Shown here: piece after piece, positions 33,086-44,801 of the stretch | Numbering within the stretch: position 1 is the stretch's first letter | How the letters are laid out: each line of letters starts with the position of its first letter | Assembly: GCA_001600815.1 (NCBI GenBank) | Contig: BCKZ01000003.1 | Span: 310,001-374,000, forward strand | Direction of reading: 5' to 3' | DNA from: Alloascoidea hylecoeti | Taxonomy: Eukaryota | Length of the DNA stretch: 64,000 bases | Translations under genes and position numbers: made by a program | Notes under the pieces: model-generated | The model's input: the letters and a program-made list of their open reading frames with translations, nothing else | Database searches by the model: none | What the model was told of the DNA's origin: nothing

Positions 33086-34594
33086 ATGAGTGAAGATCTA
33101 CAGTTACAAAATGTCATAAGATCCCCAAACTCACTTGAATGGAGTCATGTTGTTTTGTCCGATCGCAATATTAGCTGTTCAGTCTGTGTAAGTTCAAGAT
33201 ATGAAAAACCACTATTGAAAACAGACTTATTTAGAGCATTGAGAAAAGTAATTCTCACTCAACCCTGGCTTTTAGCCAACTTATTTTACAAATCTGTAAA
33301 AGATTCTGATCCTTCTCAGATTAAATGGGCTTTAATTGATGAACTTGATTTGACAGATATTGTTGAGTTTAAAACTACAACTAAATCTGCCGAAGATGAT
33401 TCAAAAAGTCCTTTGACTTCCTTCGAAGTATTACAAATGAGTGCAACACGCTTTGCAGAAACTAACAAAAGAGATAAACCTCTATGGAAAATTATTGTTT
33501 ATAATAATATTGAAGTTTGCCTTCTTTTCTCACACGCTATAATGGATGGAATGTCTGCTATGAAGATTCAAAGACTACTGTTACACAACTTAAGATTATT
33601 GGATACCGAAAATGCCAATCTCAGTACAATAGAAAACAACTATACTAAAATAACACCCGCAGATTTCCATGGAAAATTTCAGTTTCCTCCTGACTCGAAT
33701 AATTTAATAACTTATAAACCCTCATTATCATTTTTGTTATTTATGTTGTTGATACATTTTCTTCCTCAATTCTTACTACCTAAATCACAGAAACAGCTGG
33801 GAATAGTTCCTCCACTGTTGAAAATTTCCTCGGAAGAAAAAGAGCTTCCTATTCCCGAAAAAGTTACTTGTCCGTCTCCTCAAGTTGCAATTATCAATTT
33901 ATCTTCGGCTGAAACTGCTAAAATAATGAAGGAATGTAAACTTCATAATGTAACGGTTACATCTTTTTTGAGTATCATAATGGCAGAAGCTGTTTCTCAT
34001 TTTTCAGGACAAAGACATATGCAAATATTTATGGCCGCTAATTCAAGAAAGTGTATTTCAGATTTGGCTCCTGAATTAAATGGGACAAACCCCGACGATG
34101 TATTAGGAGCTGGTTATAGTGCACTTATGGCAAGCATTTATAATAAGGATCATCCAAAAACTCTCTCTGGACAAATAACAAAATTCAATGAAACTCTTAA
34201 AGTAATGAAAACTCCAGAAAATTTAAAAACTAGATCCATGAACTGTTTTTCTCGTTTTGATGGTATGTATAAATATACAGAAGGTTTGTTCACTTCTGAT
34301 AGTCAAACCTCATTATGTGTATCAAATCTTGGCTACCAAAGAACAGAATGTATTCCAAATTCCAGATTCAATGTAGAAAGAATGACATTTTTTAATGGAA
34401 GTCCAGGAAATCCACTTCACTATAATATTATAACAACAAACTCAGTTGATGACCTGCCTCTAATGACCATATCAGTTATGGTTGGGGATAATCTTTTGCG
34501 TGCTTCAAACCAGACTTGTATCACCAGCTTAATAGAAGACATTAAAAGAATGGTAAAAACCCCTGATCTTATTATGAATGGGAGAAAGGATTAA
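33086..34594 (+). CDS. Alcohol acetyltransferase/N-acetyltransferase (Atf/Sli1 AATase family)
   Basis: KPLWKIIV, HAIMDG (HxxxDG catalytic motif), CKLHNVTVTS and VSNLG. Confidence 0.85.
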   Translation: MSEDLQLQNVIRSPNSLEWSHVVLSDRNISCSVCVSSRYEKPLLKTDLFRALRKVILTQPWLLANLFYKSVKDSDPSQIKWALIDELDLTDIVEFKTTTKSAEDDSKSPLTSFEVLQMSATRFAETNKRDKPLWKIIVYNNIEVCLLFSHAIMDGMSAMKIQRLLLHNLRLLDTENANLSTIENNYTKITPADFHGKFQFPPDSNNLITYKPSLSFLLFMLLIHFLPQFLLPKSQKQLGIVPPLLKISSEEKELPIPEKVTCPSPQVAIINLSSAETAKIMKECKLHNVTVTSFLSIIMAEAVSHFSGQRHMQIFMAANSRKCISDLAPELNGTNPDDVLGAGYSALMASIYNKDHPKTLSGQITKFNETLKVMKTPENLKTRSMNCFSRFDGMYKYTEGLFTSDSQTSLCVSNLGYQRTECIPNSRFNVERMTFFNGSPGNPLHYNIITTNSVDDLPLMTISVMVGDNLLRASNQTCITSLIEDIKRMVKTPDLIMNGRKD

Positions 34595-35423
34595 ACCCTA
34601 AAATGAGAGACGTGCAAATCTGAGCTCGATATAACTATAATAATTATATTAATAGGACTAATAATAACTATCGGGATGGCATTATGTTGATATATAAGAA
34701 GGAAGAAGAAATGGATACTATATGTTTAGATTGTTTCATTTTATCTATAGCTGGATTTTACCTTCGATTGCGATTAATAATTTGAATTTTACTCTTCAGA
34801 TTTTTTCCCTTAGCTATATACAGTAGGCTTTATTTCTTTATAATTACTTAACTTCAATGTATATTAATTGTTATCTTAGAATTATAGTTTTACTATGCTT
34901 AGGCGGTAAAAATGCACATGTGGTTATTTCCGCCATTTATTTCTCTTGAGCCGCTATATTTTTTCAAGATTCAATTGTAAGTCCTCCGTCCTCGATCTTA
35001 ATCCAAATAACCATAATTTCAAGCATAGCAAATAATATGGCGGTATAATTCAAAGTATGTTTTATAAGTCAAGTTCATCGGTAGTGAGAAGATTGATGAT
35101 AAGCTCCGAAAAGTTTGTTATGTTAACTTGATATTGCCAGGGCGAAATCTAGTTCTTGCAATTGGGTGTTTTTATCCAGAAAATAAAGCACTTTTTGTAG
35201 ATGAATATTGACGTGGACTTTAATATTCGAAGTGAAATAAGCTAACTTGTCTGAATCTTTACCCTCTTCTTCGCTATGATCGCTGTCAGCAACCGCAAGC
35301 TCATCGAATATATTATTATAAATATGCACAAAAAAATAATATTACTTCTTTTCAGTAATTTAAATTCAAACTTATTCCCTCTGCCTTCTACCTACTTACA
35401 TTATACCAAAACTTAATCCAGAA

Positions 35424-37397
35424 ATGGTATTATCGTTGACAGACCTTCCAGACGAAATCATAAGTTTAATATATTTCTATCTTCCTCTACTTGACAGCTA
35501 TAACTTCAGTCGGATCTGCAAGAGCGTATTCTACAAGAATTATCATAATAATGAAGGTCGGATTCCTAATTTCGATATGCTGTTGATGTATCGATCGGTA
35601 GAAAATAGTGAACTAACCAGTTATGAATTAAGGACAAAATGTCGCAAAATTAGAGAAAACTTATCGAAAGAAAAAGAGATTATTAATATCACTGATTTCA
35701 ATCTTTTCAAATGTCCAGATTTTCATAAGATTAATACTCCAGCGAGCGCAAGTTTAGACAAAATTATCTATGAGCATCCATTCAGAAGAGACTCTAATTT
35801 ATTATCTCTTGTCGGAGCCGGAACCTTTGACCTTAATCTTGTAAATTGGAATTTTGAAATCGAAAATAAAGATTATGATGTTGCTTCCAGAAATGATGCG
35901 GAAACGTCAACACTTGTTCAATTGATATCTTGTAGCAGCGAGGTGAGTTTGGTGAAAGGTCGGAATATGTTTACAATAAAGAAACCTAAGACACTTCTTA
36001 CTAAATTACTCAAAAATACCACCAGATTTTCTCATACGTTAGATCAATACGATTGGAAAAATATCTCACTAGTTGAAAGAATCGAAAAACATTGGAACAT
36101 GAACATAGATTTCGACAAGTGTGAGGTCACCGATTATTTAATTTATAGGAGTAATAATGGAACTGTTGAAGAAAATGAGAACTTGAGTGAAGAAGGAGAA
36201 GACGAAGTTGTTATCTACGACGGAACTATTGCAGTACCTATTACTACTAGCTATAGTGATCGCAACGTTGACAATGAATCATACAATTTTCAAGATGATT
36301 ATAGTAATGTGGAACTTGGAGATAGCCTCAATGAAATTATGGAACCCGAAGGAGTTGAGTTAGAAATAAGTACACTAAAATATTCGAAATTTATTTCTGC
36401 TACGTTTGAATCTTACATAGTTTTATTTACTAGTGTTGGGCCCAAGTCAAATATTATTTCTTGTTATACTTCCAATGATCACAATGAATCTGAATCTGAT
36501 TCTGAATCTGATTCTGAATTAGAAAAAGAATCAAAATTAATCTGGGAGAACAAGTTTATTGATAATCAACAGCTGGAAGTATTTGGATTTACTCCAAACA
36601 TTAAAGTCTCCGGCCATTTTGTCTTTGTGTCTTTTGAAGATAACGACCCACCCGAAACAATTGGTTATTATGTTTTCTCATTAGAAACAGGTAAGCTTTT
36701 AGGATCATTCAAACTCAAACCCGATAATATTGAGTATACTTTTGATAGAAGTGAAATTAATATACTTGGAACTCATATATTCCTCGATAGATTTTTCTAC
36801 CAAGATGCTGGAATGGTAGACTACCCATCATACTACCAGTTGCTTGCTATGCCTATTGAATCATTCATAAGTCAATTGGATACAAAATGTATTGATAGCG
36901 AAATTGTTATTACTACCACCTTCGAAACCCCATCATACACACCTTATAATAGTCATATGACATCATCGACCAAGACGAAAACTAAATACAGGACAGATAA
37001 TTTCGAAGCTCTGGGTTGGAAAATAATATTTCAGACACCTCCAAGTAGAGATTTATGTCCAATATTAGAATATGAAGAAATAAATTTTCTTGATATTATT
37101 CCTTATTTCTGGGGAAGTATAATAGCTCTTTTGATTCTCTATGAAGTGTATGATCCTCGTTATCCCGAAGATGAATTAGTTTTTTTGTTTTTATATGATA
37201 CTGTGACGGGTGAACGTAAATATATCGAATTTGGATATTGGAATCGAAGCATTCATGGAAAAAACATTTTGGTTGATGACAGGATGAATTTTGTGATGTT
37301 AGGCGATGGTTTTGTAGAAGTTCCATTGAACATAGAAGATAATATCGATATGGATATTGACAACATAATAAATGATCGTAGAATTCATATAGCATAA
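35424..37397 (+). CDS. F-box protein with a divergent, beta-rich acidic C-terminal region
   Basis: N-terminal LTDLPDEIISLIYFYLPLLDSYNFSRICK F-box signature; the rest is not recognised. Confidence 0.8.
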   Translation: MVLSLTDLPDEIISLIYFYLPLLDSYNFSRICKSVFYKNYHNNEGRIPNFDMLLMYRSVENSELTSYELRTKCRKIRENLSKEKEIINITDFNLFKCPDFHKINTPASASLDKIIYEHPFRRDSNLLSLVGAGTFDLNLVNWNFEIENKDYDVASRNDAETSTLVQLISCSSEVSLVKGRNMFTIKKPKTLLTKLLKNTTRFSHTLDQYDWKNISLVERIEKHWNMNIDFDKCEVTDYLIYRSNNGTVEENENLSEEGEDEVVIYDGTIAVPITTSYSDRNVDNESYNFQDDYSNVELGDSLNEIMEPEGVELEISTLKYSKFISATFESYIVLFTSVGPKSNIISCYTSNDHNESESDSESDSELEKESKLIWENKFIDNQQLEVFGFTPNIKVSGHFVFVSFEDNDPPETIGYYVFSLETGKLLGSFKLKPDNIEYTFDRSEINILGTHIFLDRFFYQDAGMVDYPSYYQLLAMPIESFISQLDTKCIDSEIVITTTFETPSYTPYNSHMTSSTKTKTKYRTDNFEALGWKIIFQTPPSRDLCPILEYEEINFLDIIPYFWGSIIALLILYEVYDPRYPEDELVFLFLYDTVTGERKYIEFGYWNRSIHGKNILVDDRMNFVMLGDGFVEVPLNIEDNIDMDIDNIINDRRIHIA

Positions 37398-37985
37398 ACG
37401 TTATTTTTATATTTCATCTACTTATTTTTATATTTAAACTATCCCTATTTATGTAGTCATTGGAAGAAGAGGTATATAGACAGCCTTCTACATTATTTGG
37501 AATCCTCTTGGATGATACTGTGGGACTGTAAGACAAATTTTTCATTTTTCTTAAATATGGTTGATCGGTGGAGCCTTCCTTTCCAGGAGATTCTACCAAC
37601 CACAAAAAAAGGATTTCACTACAATATATCAGAAGGCAAGCGCCAAAGTTATAGCTCTTGAATTTTTATATTTTATTTTATATAATAATTTACCTAAATA
37701 ATATAAATCCACTGATTTTGGAAAAAAAGCATACGAAGCGTGGTTGGAAAAATCGAAAATATAAGATCTGTAAGATATTTGATGATGATTACTACATTTG
37801 GAGAAATATCTTCAAGGGATGCAGGAAACTCTATTATCTACATCACAATGTTCGAGGATCCCATAAACCCCATTCGAAGTGGAATTCAGACTTCTAAAGA
37901 GGAAAAGTGCACTAACTACACAATTCTCCCGAGATAACTATCCGTTGGGAGATTGGAGCTAGTGAACTTAATACGCGACGGGACT

Positions 37986-38771
37986 CAGTGCATCGCCGAG
38001 CAAACGAGGCCGAGCAGGACCAATTGGCGAGCAACGAACCGAGCAAGGATAGCATATAAGAGCATCACCTTAATTTCCCGTTTAGGAAGCCGCACGTGTT
38101 CGTGCATATCTATTCCATTTTTGGGAGAAAATGATTGTTTTTTTCCACCTCCAATTGCATTCTTTTCAGATCTTTAGGGTATACATGGCTCATGAGGGTG
38201 AGATGGATGGTGGGGGCTTTTGGGGGGTGTTTGTGATGCATTGTGTGGATTATGTGAGGTTTATGTAATACACATTTGAAGAGGAAAAAAAGGTGTCAGT
38301 TCGTTGGTGCCCTAATTCTAATTATAGTAGACCGTTATGACCATCTTTGTGAAAAATTGGAGAATATATTGAAATTTGTTCTTCGCGAGCTCGAGTCGAA
38401 CATCCAAAAAATTCAAAACAGGAGTAAAAAGAACAATTTTTTTTGACGAGCCAAGAAGGCGAGTATTGACAACTCTCTGAAACGAGCTTGTCGTCCTGGT
38501 CTAGGAGAATTTTGAGCGCTCGCCTCTAGTTCGGCATATATTTTTTCTGTCTTTTTTGCTCGTGTTTTTACTAGAAAGGTAACATATAGATCGCCTGGAT
38601 TGTTTATGAGCTCTACGACTCGCCTAAACGTTCGTCAGCCAAGAAATGTTTTGGGCTCACCTAGTAATCGTCAAAATCCGCTTCGATGCTGGCAATCAGA
38701 AATTTAGCATTGTTCGCCTCGATGTTCGCCAAAATGTGTGTGTTCGGTGTTCGTGTCTCGGCGATGCCCAG
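37986..38771. mobile_element. Non-autonomous TIR element (~786 bp), possibly hAT-like
   Basis: Left CAGTGCATCGCCGAG..ACGA..CCGAGCA versus reverse-complemented right CTGGGCATCGCCGAG..ACGA..CCGAACA. CGAG/CTCG/TTCG-rich subterminal regions, no recognisable coding capacity and no TSD found. Confidence 0.6.
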
Positions 38772-39215
38772 TGTTACAACATAAAATCTTTAACAGCGGG
38801 TAAAAGAATTTAGTGCATATGTTAAGTTTAATGCGCGGCGCAGGTCGATAATTATTGGTAGTAAAATTAGTCTCTGAGACAAAATTCGGTGTGGGCGCTT
38901 TCTAATAATAATTCGCATCATAATTTGTTTCACGCCAAATACTTAATATAAAGCTTTAGAGTATACGGCCGTCAAAATAAATTAAATATTTATAATTTTA
39001 CAGATATAGCACAATAAAATAGTTAAATAATTACATCAGAAGTAGTCCCGGCCTACCCACGAGAATACTCTTGGAAACTGATAGTATTCAAGGTTTCTTG
39101 AATTGGTTTTCCCTTTGTTGAATTATCATTCAGTCTGCTTCATTTAACTCTAAACAATAGCCTAAAAATCTTATATACCAAGTTGTAGCAGAGGATCATT
39201 AAAAGAGTGTTTGAC

Positions 39216-40481
39216 TTAAGCTCTTGCTTTTTCAATGGATTTGCTTACCCACGAGCATATTTTAGAATACTCTTGAGAACTGACAGCGTTTGCTCCTTGT
39301 TGAATTCGATGTTCCATTGTTTCATCATCGTCCAATCTGGTTCGTTTTATGTAACCTTGAACAATTGGCCAAAAATCTTCAATAGCATTCAAATCTGAAC
39401 TTTTTCGCGGTAAATACAAGTATTTGAAGTTTTTAGATTCAATAATTGCTTCTACATTACGTTGATTTTGAAGTGGAACATTCTCCAATAAAATATAACA
39501 GCCATCATATTGACTATCCGATTTCAATTTTTCAACTAAAGAATGAATGAAATTAAGATAATGAGAAGCAGAACCACCATCAACTACAATAGACCCATCT
39601 GTTAATTTTCGTCTTTTCAGGGAAGGAGCAGGTCTCTTATATTTCACTTCGAAGTGTAATGAGCCTTTCCCACTGATTGCACCCAGAACTGTTGTCGTTG
39701 TTGTTTTAATCGTAGGTGGGAGTTTTTTTCCTGTTTTATTCCGTAGGAAGGATTTCATTAAACTAACAGTGAAAGTAGCTTCACCAACAAAGATACAATT
39801 GTTTAATGGATTTAATACTTCAGGCAATTGACTGACCCATTGAGATCGTTCCTTGATAATTTGATGATTAGATACAGTTTTATCTTCAGGACAATTTTTT
39901 GAGAGTTTTAATGCCAAATAACAATTTTCCTTAACAAATTTTCCAATACCTGCTTTAGAAACTTTAACACCATTATACGCATTTGTAAACTTATCAAATA
40001 ATTCAATAATTGTAATTGAAGTATCATTATCAACTTCATTAACTAGAAATCTTGTTTGCTCATCAGTTAATTTTGGTATATCTGGACAAGGACCACACTT
40101 TGCTTTTTCCTTTGTGAAAGAATAATCAGGCAGTTGCTCATCTTTTTTTAACCATCCTTTGACAGTAGATAATGGGATTCCAATTTTTAAAGCAGCATCA
40201 CTAGGTGACATTGCCTTATTATGAACCAAGAAAAAGACATTAGATTTATCTTCTTGTGTATAACGACGATATTTTGCTCTATCTGACAATCTTCTCTTGC
40301 TGCTTAGACTTGTTTCTGATTCTTCGATACTTCTATCAACTTCTGCGTTCTCTTCAGGAACTAGTGGATCTTCCAGATCGTTTGATGTTTCCGGTACATT
40401 TTTGGTGGAGGGAGCGAGTTTTTCAGAGATATGTTGCTCCTGCTCAACAAGACCATCAGTAGAACGAGTCTTTCTAGCCAT
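39216..40481 (-). CDS. IS630/Tc1-type transposase-derived protein, copy 3
   Basis: Paralog of 16560..17864: AALKIGIPLSTVKGW, CIFVGEAT, LLENVP and YLPRKSSDLNAIEDFW. Confidence 0.88.
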   Translation of the reverse strand: MARKTRSTDGLVEQEQHISEKLAPSTKNVPETSNDLEDPLVPEENAEVDRSIEESETSLSSKRRLSDRAKYRRYTQEDKSNVFFLVHNKAMSPSDAALKIGIPLSTVKGWLKKDEQLPDYSFTKEKAKCGPCPDIPKLTDEQTRFLVNEVDNDTSITIIELFDKFTNAYNGVKVSKAGIGKFVKENCYLALKLSKNCPEDKTVSNHQIIKERSQWVSQLPEVLNPLNNCIFVGEATFTVSLMKSFLRNKTGKKLPPTIKTTTTTVLGAISGKGSLHFEVKYKRPAPSLKRRKLTDGSIVVDGGSASHYLNFIHSLVEKLKSDSQYDGCYILLENVPLQNQRNVEAIIESKNFKYLYLPRKSSDLNAIEDFWPIVQGYIKRTRLDDDETMEHRIQQGANAVSSQEYSKICSWVSKSIEKARA

Positions 40482-41659
40482 TATTTTATCTTCAGAATTA
40501 AGTAGAAAAAGAGCAGTATGAATGAAATTCGTTACAATTATATATTTATGTACCTAAATTCGTGTTTTTTGTGTAGGTATTTGATTTAAATTTGTAGTTC
40601 GTCACGAACAAAACGGGAGATTTGGTGAATTTTAACCAGAAGGATAGATGGATGGAAGAAAAGTAATTCACACGTTTCTTCAATTTCTATTGGATATATT
40701 AATTCACGTGATGTAGATAATTAATGACACCTGAAGTGAGAGATGATTGGTTGCTTGCAGATACCAATTTAATGGTCGCCCACCTGAATTAGATCTCCAA
40801 ATTTAACTGGATCAAATTAGATATTGTAATTAGAAAAAAGAAAAATATTAAATAAATATCATCGGCCTGATTGTGATCATGATATTAATCTGAAGTACAG
40901 TGTTTTCTCCTAGTCTTCCTGCGTAATTTTCGGGCAGTTAACGAAAACTTTGGTTAATTAGCACTAAAAGTAGCAACCAGCTTTAGTTTATAATTTCATA
41001 ACTTAAATATCATAGCTCTTTGAGAATTTAATGATTAAGTATACGTATAAAATGAAGTTGGAAATCATTTAAAAATTAATTAGCGTCACTTAGGTAACAC
41101 TTGGAATATTGGTACGGCTTCGTAAATATTATTGGTTAACCTTTAGGCCCAGAACTTGGCGCTTGTGTTGAGAATTATCTTTCCCAAAGGCGTTAAATTT
41201 ATATTAAAGTTAAACCAAAAAGAGGTGAATTCTTTACGAAACAATTTAACTCGTATATTTTGGAAATTTCTCATAATCAGAATATTCGCTACCAATTCAC
41301 TGGTAAATTTCTGCAATAATCGCTTTATAATGCCATGTACTAATTTTAGCTTCGCATTCATATTAAATAATTCCAACCAAATTTCTGGTCTAAAGACTGG
41401 CCATTAAATTACCCCACGAATCACCATCCTTATTATCTGGGAAACGCCAACTATAACGTTAAAAATTAGCCAAAAATTAGCCAATTGACTAATACTTATA
41501 TAGTTTGTTAATCACCAAATCTTTCGCTAACATCAATGAGAATTATGTTACGTAAAAAGAAATCATGTATTAGTATGAGAACAACAACAGCATATAACCG
41601 TTATATTAAATATCTACATAAAACACAATAATAAGAAGAGAAAAAGTGATTAATTATAA

Positions 41660-42961
41660 CTAAGCTTTTGCCATGGATTTACTTACCCATGAGCAAATTT
41701 TGGAATATTCTTGAGAACTAACTCTATTTGCTCCTTCTTGAATTCGTTGTTCCATCGTCTCATTATCCTCTAATCTAGTTCGTTTAATATGACTCCTAAC
41801 AATTGGCCAAAAATCTTCAATAGCATTAAAATCGGAACTTTGTTGTGGTAAAAATAAACAATTGAATTTATTTGATTCAATAACTGCTTCTATATTACGT
41901 TGATTTTCAAGAGGAACATTCTCCAACAAAATATAAGAACCTTCATATTGACCATCAGCTTTTAATTTTTCAATTAATGATTGAACGAAATTGAGATAAT
42001 GGGATGCAGAACCCCCATCAACTACAATAGACCCATCTGTTAATCTTCTTCTCTTAGTTGAAGAAGGAGCAGGTCTTTTATATTTCACTTCAAAGTTTAA
42101 TGGGCCTTTCCCACTAATTGCACCTATAACTGTTGTTGTTGTAGTTTTAAAAGCAGGTAATTTTCCTGGTGATTCATTCCCTGTTTTAGCCCATCGGATG
42201 GATCTCATTAAACTAACTGTAAAAGTAGCTTCACCAACAAAGACACAATTGTTTATTGGGTTTAATACTGCAGGCAATTCACTAACCCATTTAGATCTTT
42301 GTTTAGAAACTTGAGGAGAAATTTTTTCTCCAGAATGAGGTTTTAATAATTGTAATGCCAAATAACAATATTCTTTAACAAACTTACTAACACCTGATTT
42401 TGAAACTTTTAAATCATTATATGAATTAGTTAATTTATCAGTTAATTCAGTAATTGTAATTGAAATATCATTATCAATTTCATTAATTAAAAATTTTGTT
42501 TGTTCATCAGTTAATTTTGGAATATCTGGACGTCGACCACTTCTGGATTTTTCCTTCGTAAAAGCATAATCGGTTTCTACTTCATCTTCTTTTAGCCATC
42601 CTCTAACCGTAGATAATGGGATACCAGTTTTCAAAGAAGCATCACTGGCGGTCATTGCCCTATTATGTACCAAGAAATAAACATCAGATTTATCTTCTGG
42701 TGTATAACGACGATATGATACTCTCCCTGATGATTTTAATGGGGTTAGACTTATATTTGTGTCTAGTGTTATGTCTTTTCCGCCATTGACTTCAGCTTCC
42801 ACTTGCTCGTTTCCATCACTGATTGCTGGATCCTCCATCGGGGCACTATCTTGTGCGTCAATGAAAGTATCGCCATTTTCCGGGGATGGGGAGATTCTTG
42901 GAGGGAGAATTTGATCCTGTTCAGCGACACGAGGTTTCGTAGTACGAGTTCTTTTGGCCAT
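41660..42961 (-). CDS. IS630/Tc1-type transposase-derived protein, copy 4
   Basis: Tandem paralog: ASLKTGIPLSTVRGW, SGRRP, CVFVGEAT, LLENVP and FLPQQSSDFNAIEDFW. Confidence 0.88.
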   Translation of the reverse strand: MAKRTRTTKPRVAEQDQILPPRISPSPENGDTFIDAQDSAPMEDPAISDGNEQVEAEVNGGKDITLDTNISLTPLKSSGRVSYRRYTPEDKSDVYFLVHNRAMTASDASLKTGIPLSTVRGWLKEDEVETDYAFTKEKSRSGRRPDIPKLTDEQTKFLINEIDNDISITITELTDKLTNSYNDLKVSKSGVSKFVKEYCYLALQLLKPHSGEKISPQVSKQRSKWVSELPAVLNPINNCVFVGEATFTVSLMRSIRWAKTGNESPGKLPAFKTTTTTVIGAISGKGPLNFEVKYKRPAPSSTKRRRLTDGSIVVDGGSASHYLNFVQSLIEKLKADGQYEGSYILLENVPLENQRNIEAVIESNKFNCLFLPQQSSDFNAIEDFWPIVRSHIKRTRLEDNETMEQRIQEGANRVSSQEYSKICSWVSKSMAKA

Positions 42962-44801
42962 TATTTACCGTAAAAATTGAATAGAATAATTTAACGGGTG
43001 TCCCTTGTGATTATATATATATATTCGAGTTTGATATATATAAATATTTCTGTAGTTGCTTGAAATTTTAGTTCGTCGCAAATAAAACAGGAAGTTTTCG
43101 TAGTTTTCAACTGGGAGTTATCGACGAGTGGGAGAAAGTTTAAAGTAAAAAGGGGAAGTAAATTGACATACTCCTGAGATTTTCCATTGGCTTCAGGAAA
43201 GATAATAATTGGCACGTGACAGAATATATTAGATTGCTACCAAATGAAAGATGATTGGCCAGTAGGAGATAGCGATTAAATGACTTCTGCATGTAGCCAA
43301 GCATATGTTCTGCAGAAGAAGCATATTTGGTCTAAATGGGGATTATAATCTGCACAATAACCGGTTTCTATTGGAAGAAAATAAATATATTAGTTAATGA
43401 TATGCAGGCTGCTTAATTAGTGAGATATTCGACTTATTTCATAATATTGTAGAGTGATTGTTCGGCAGAAGCATGAAAATCATTCGGTAAAAGCCGGATC
43501 GGCAATCTGCCATTTTTCCACAATGCCGCTGATTATTGTTTGTAAAATGCACCAAATCCTTTCCATCACCGTACCGAACATTTATATTATATTTAGCTCT
43601 GAATAATTATAACACCACTTGTACCCCTATCTAGCTACTGGTTTCAATATATTTTTTTCCTTTTCCGTAAAATATTTGTATAATTAATCTGGCGATAAAA
43701 ACTATTTATTGGTATATTTATTCTTTAAAAGGGCTTCGTATTCTGTTTACAATTGTTTACCTGTAAGAATGAAACGTGAATATTACGATTAATATCAATT
43801 ATCGATAAGCAAGGATTTCATTCGATATACAAATTTTTAAAGCTATTTTAATTGATCATGATTCACGAAACACGTACCATACATTTTTAGCTATTATAGT
43901 ATTTCCACTTTAGATTCGGTACTTAGGTGTGCTTCAGCACTATAGGTGAATATGAAAAGTTTGGTAGCAAAGGGAGGAATATTTTGGTACTTATCTCAGT
44001 TTATATTTTGTAACTTTTTTGAGTTACAATCGGTGAGAAATTCCTTAGCTTTTACACCTACTGAATGCTTCCCTCCAAGGTACGGTTACCGAATTAACAG
44101 TGGAATCAACATATAACAATTACAGCTCTACAAGTATAATTTATAATTAAGTGATCCTACGTATATTAAAAGTTATAGTAAATATTCTAAAGTCAATGAT
44201 GTCAGTCATTTATTTATAATTAACATATATGAAATAGAAGTTACACCACGTATACTTATAAACATCAAAGGTTTCAAGTTTTAGCTTAATTAATCTGAGT
44301 CGTTTAATTGGGTACGCTTGCAGCAATATTCTAGAATACTACGATCTAGTTCTATCTATTCAAAAAATCTAAGAATAAAAAATCATGATCGACAATCGTT
44401 ATGATATTCCTGAATATTATTATACAAGCTTAAACATTAGCTATGCACGTGAAATGCTATAAATCAATTTGCCAGTTATCAAATCCGATTACATATGTGA
44501 TTATGAGCTAAATCTCTGTATGAAACTAGATATCACAATAAAGCTTATTTATAATATTAATATTTAAAATATAGATTATAGTTATTATATTTACTTTATA
44601 ACCTAAAAACTAATTATATTATATGTAATAAGAAATTATATTGATATCATAAAATCATTAATTAAATTAAAACGAGTATTTGACACTCTTACCGATTAGA
44701 AAAACAAAAACAATACCAACGTAATTATTATTTAAGACACGAAGAATTAATAAGTCTGAAACCAAAAAATTATCAATCAAGCAAAAACAAAATCATGTGC
44801 T

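Noticed and set aside
34950..35329. Minus-strand 68-aa ORF and adjacent protein-like fragments
   Set aside because: Non-ATG start and no recognisable family. Could be a relic but is unsupported.
41143..41407. Overlapping 77/83-aa ORFs between transposase-derived copies 3 and 4
   Set aside because: No motifs and no similarity to the flanking paralogs.
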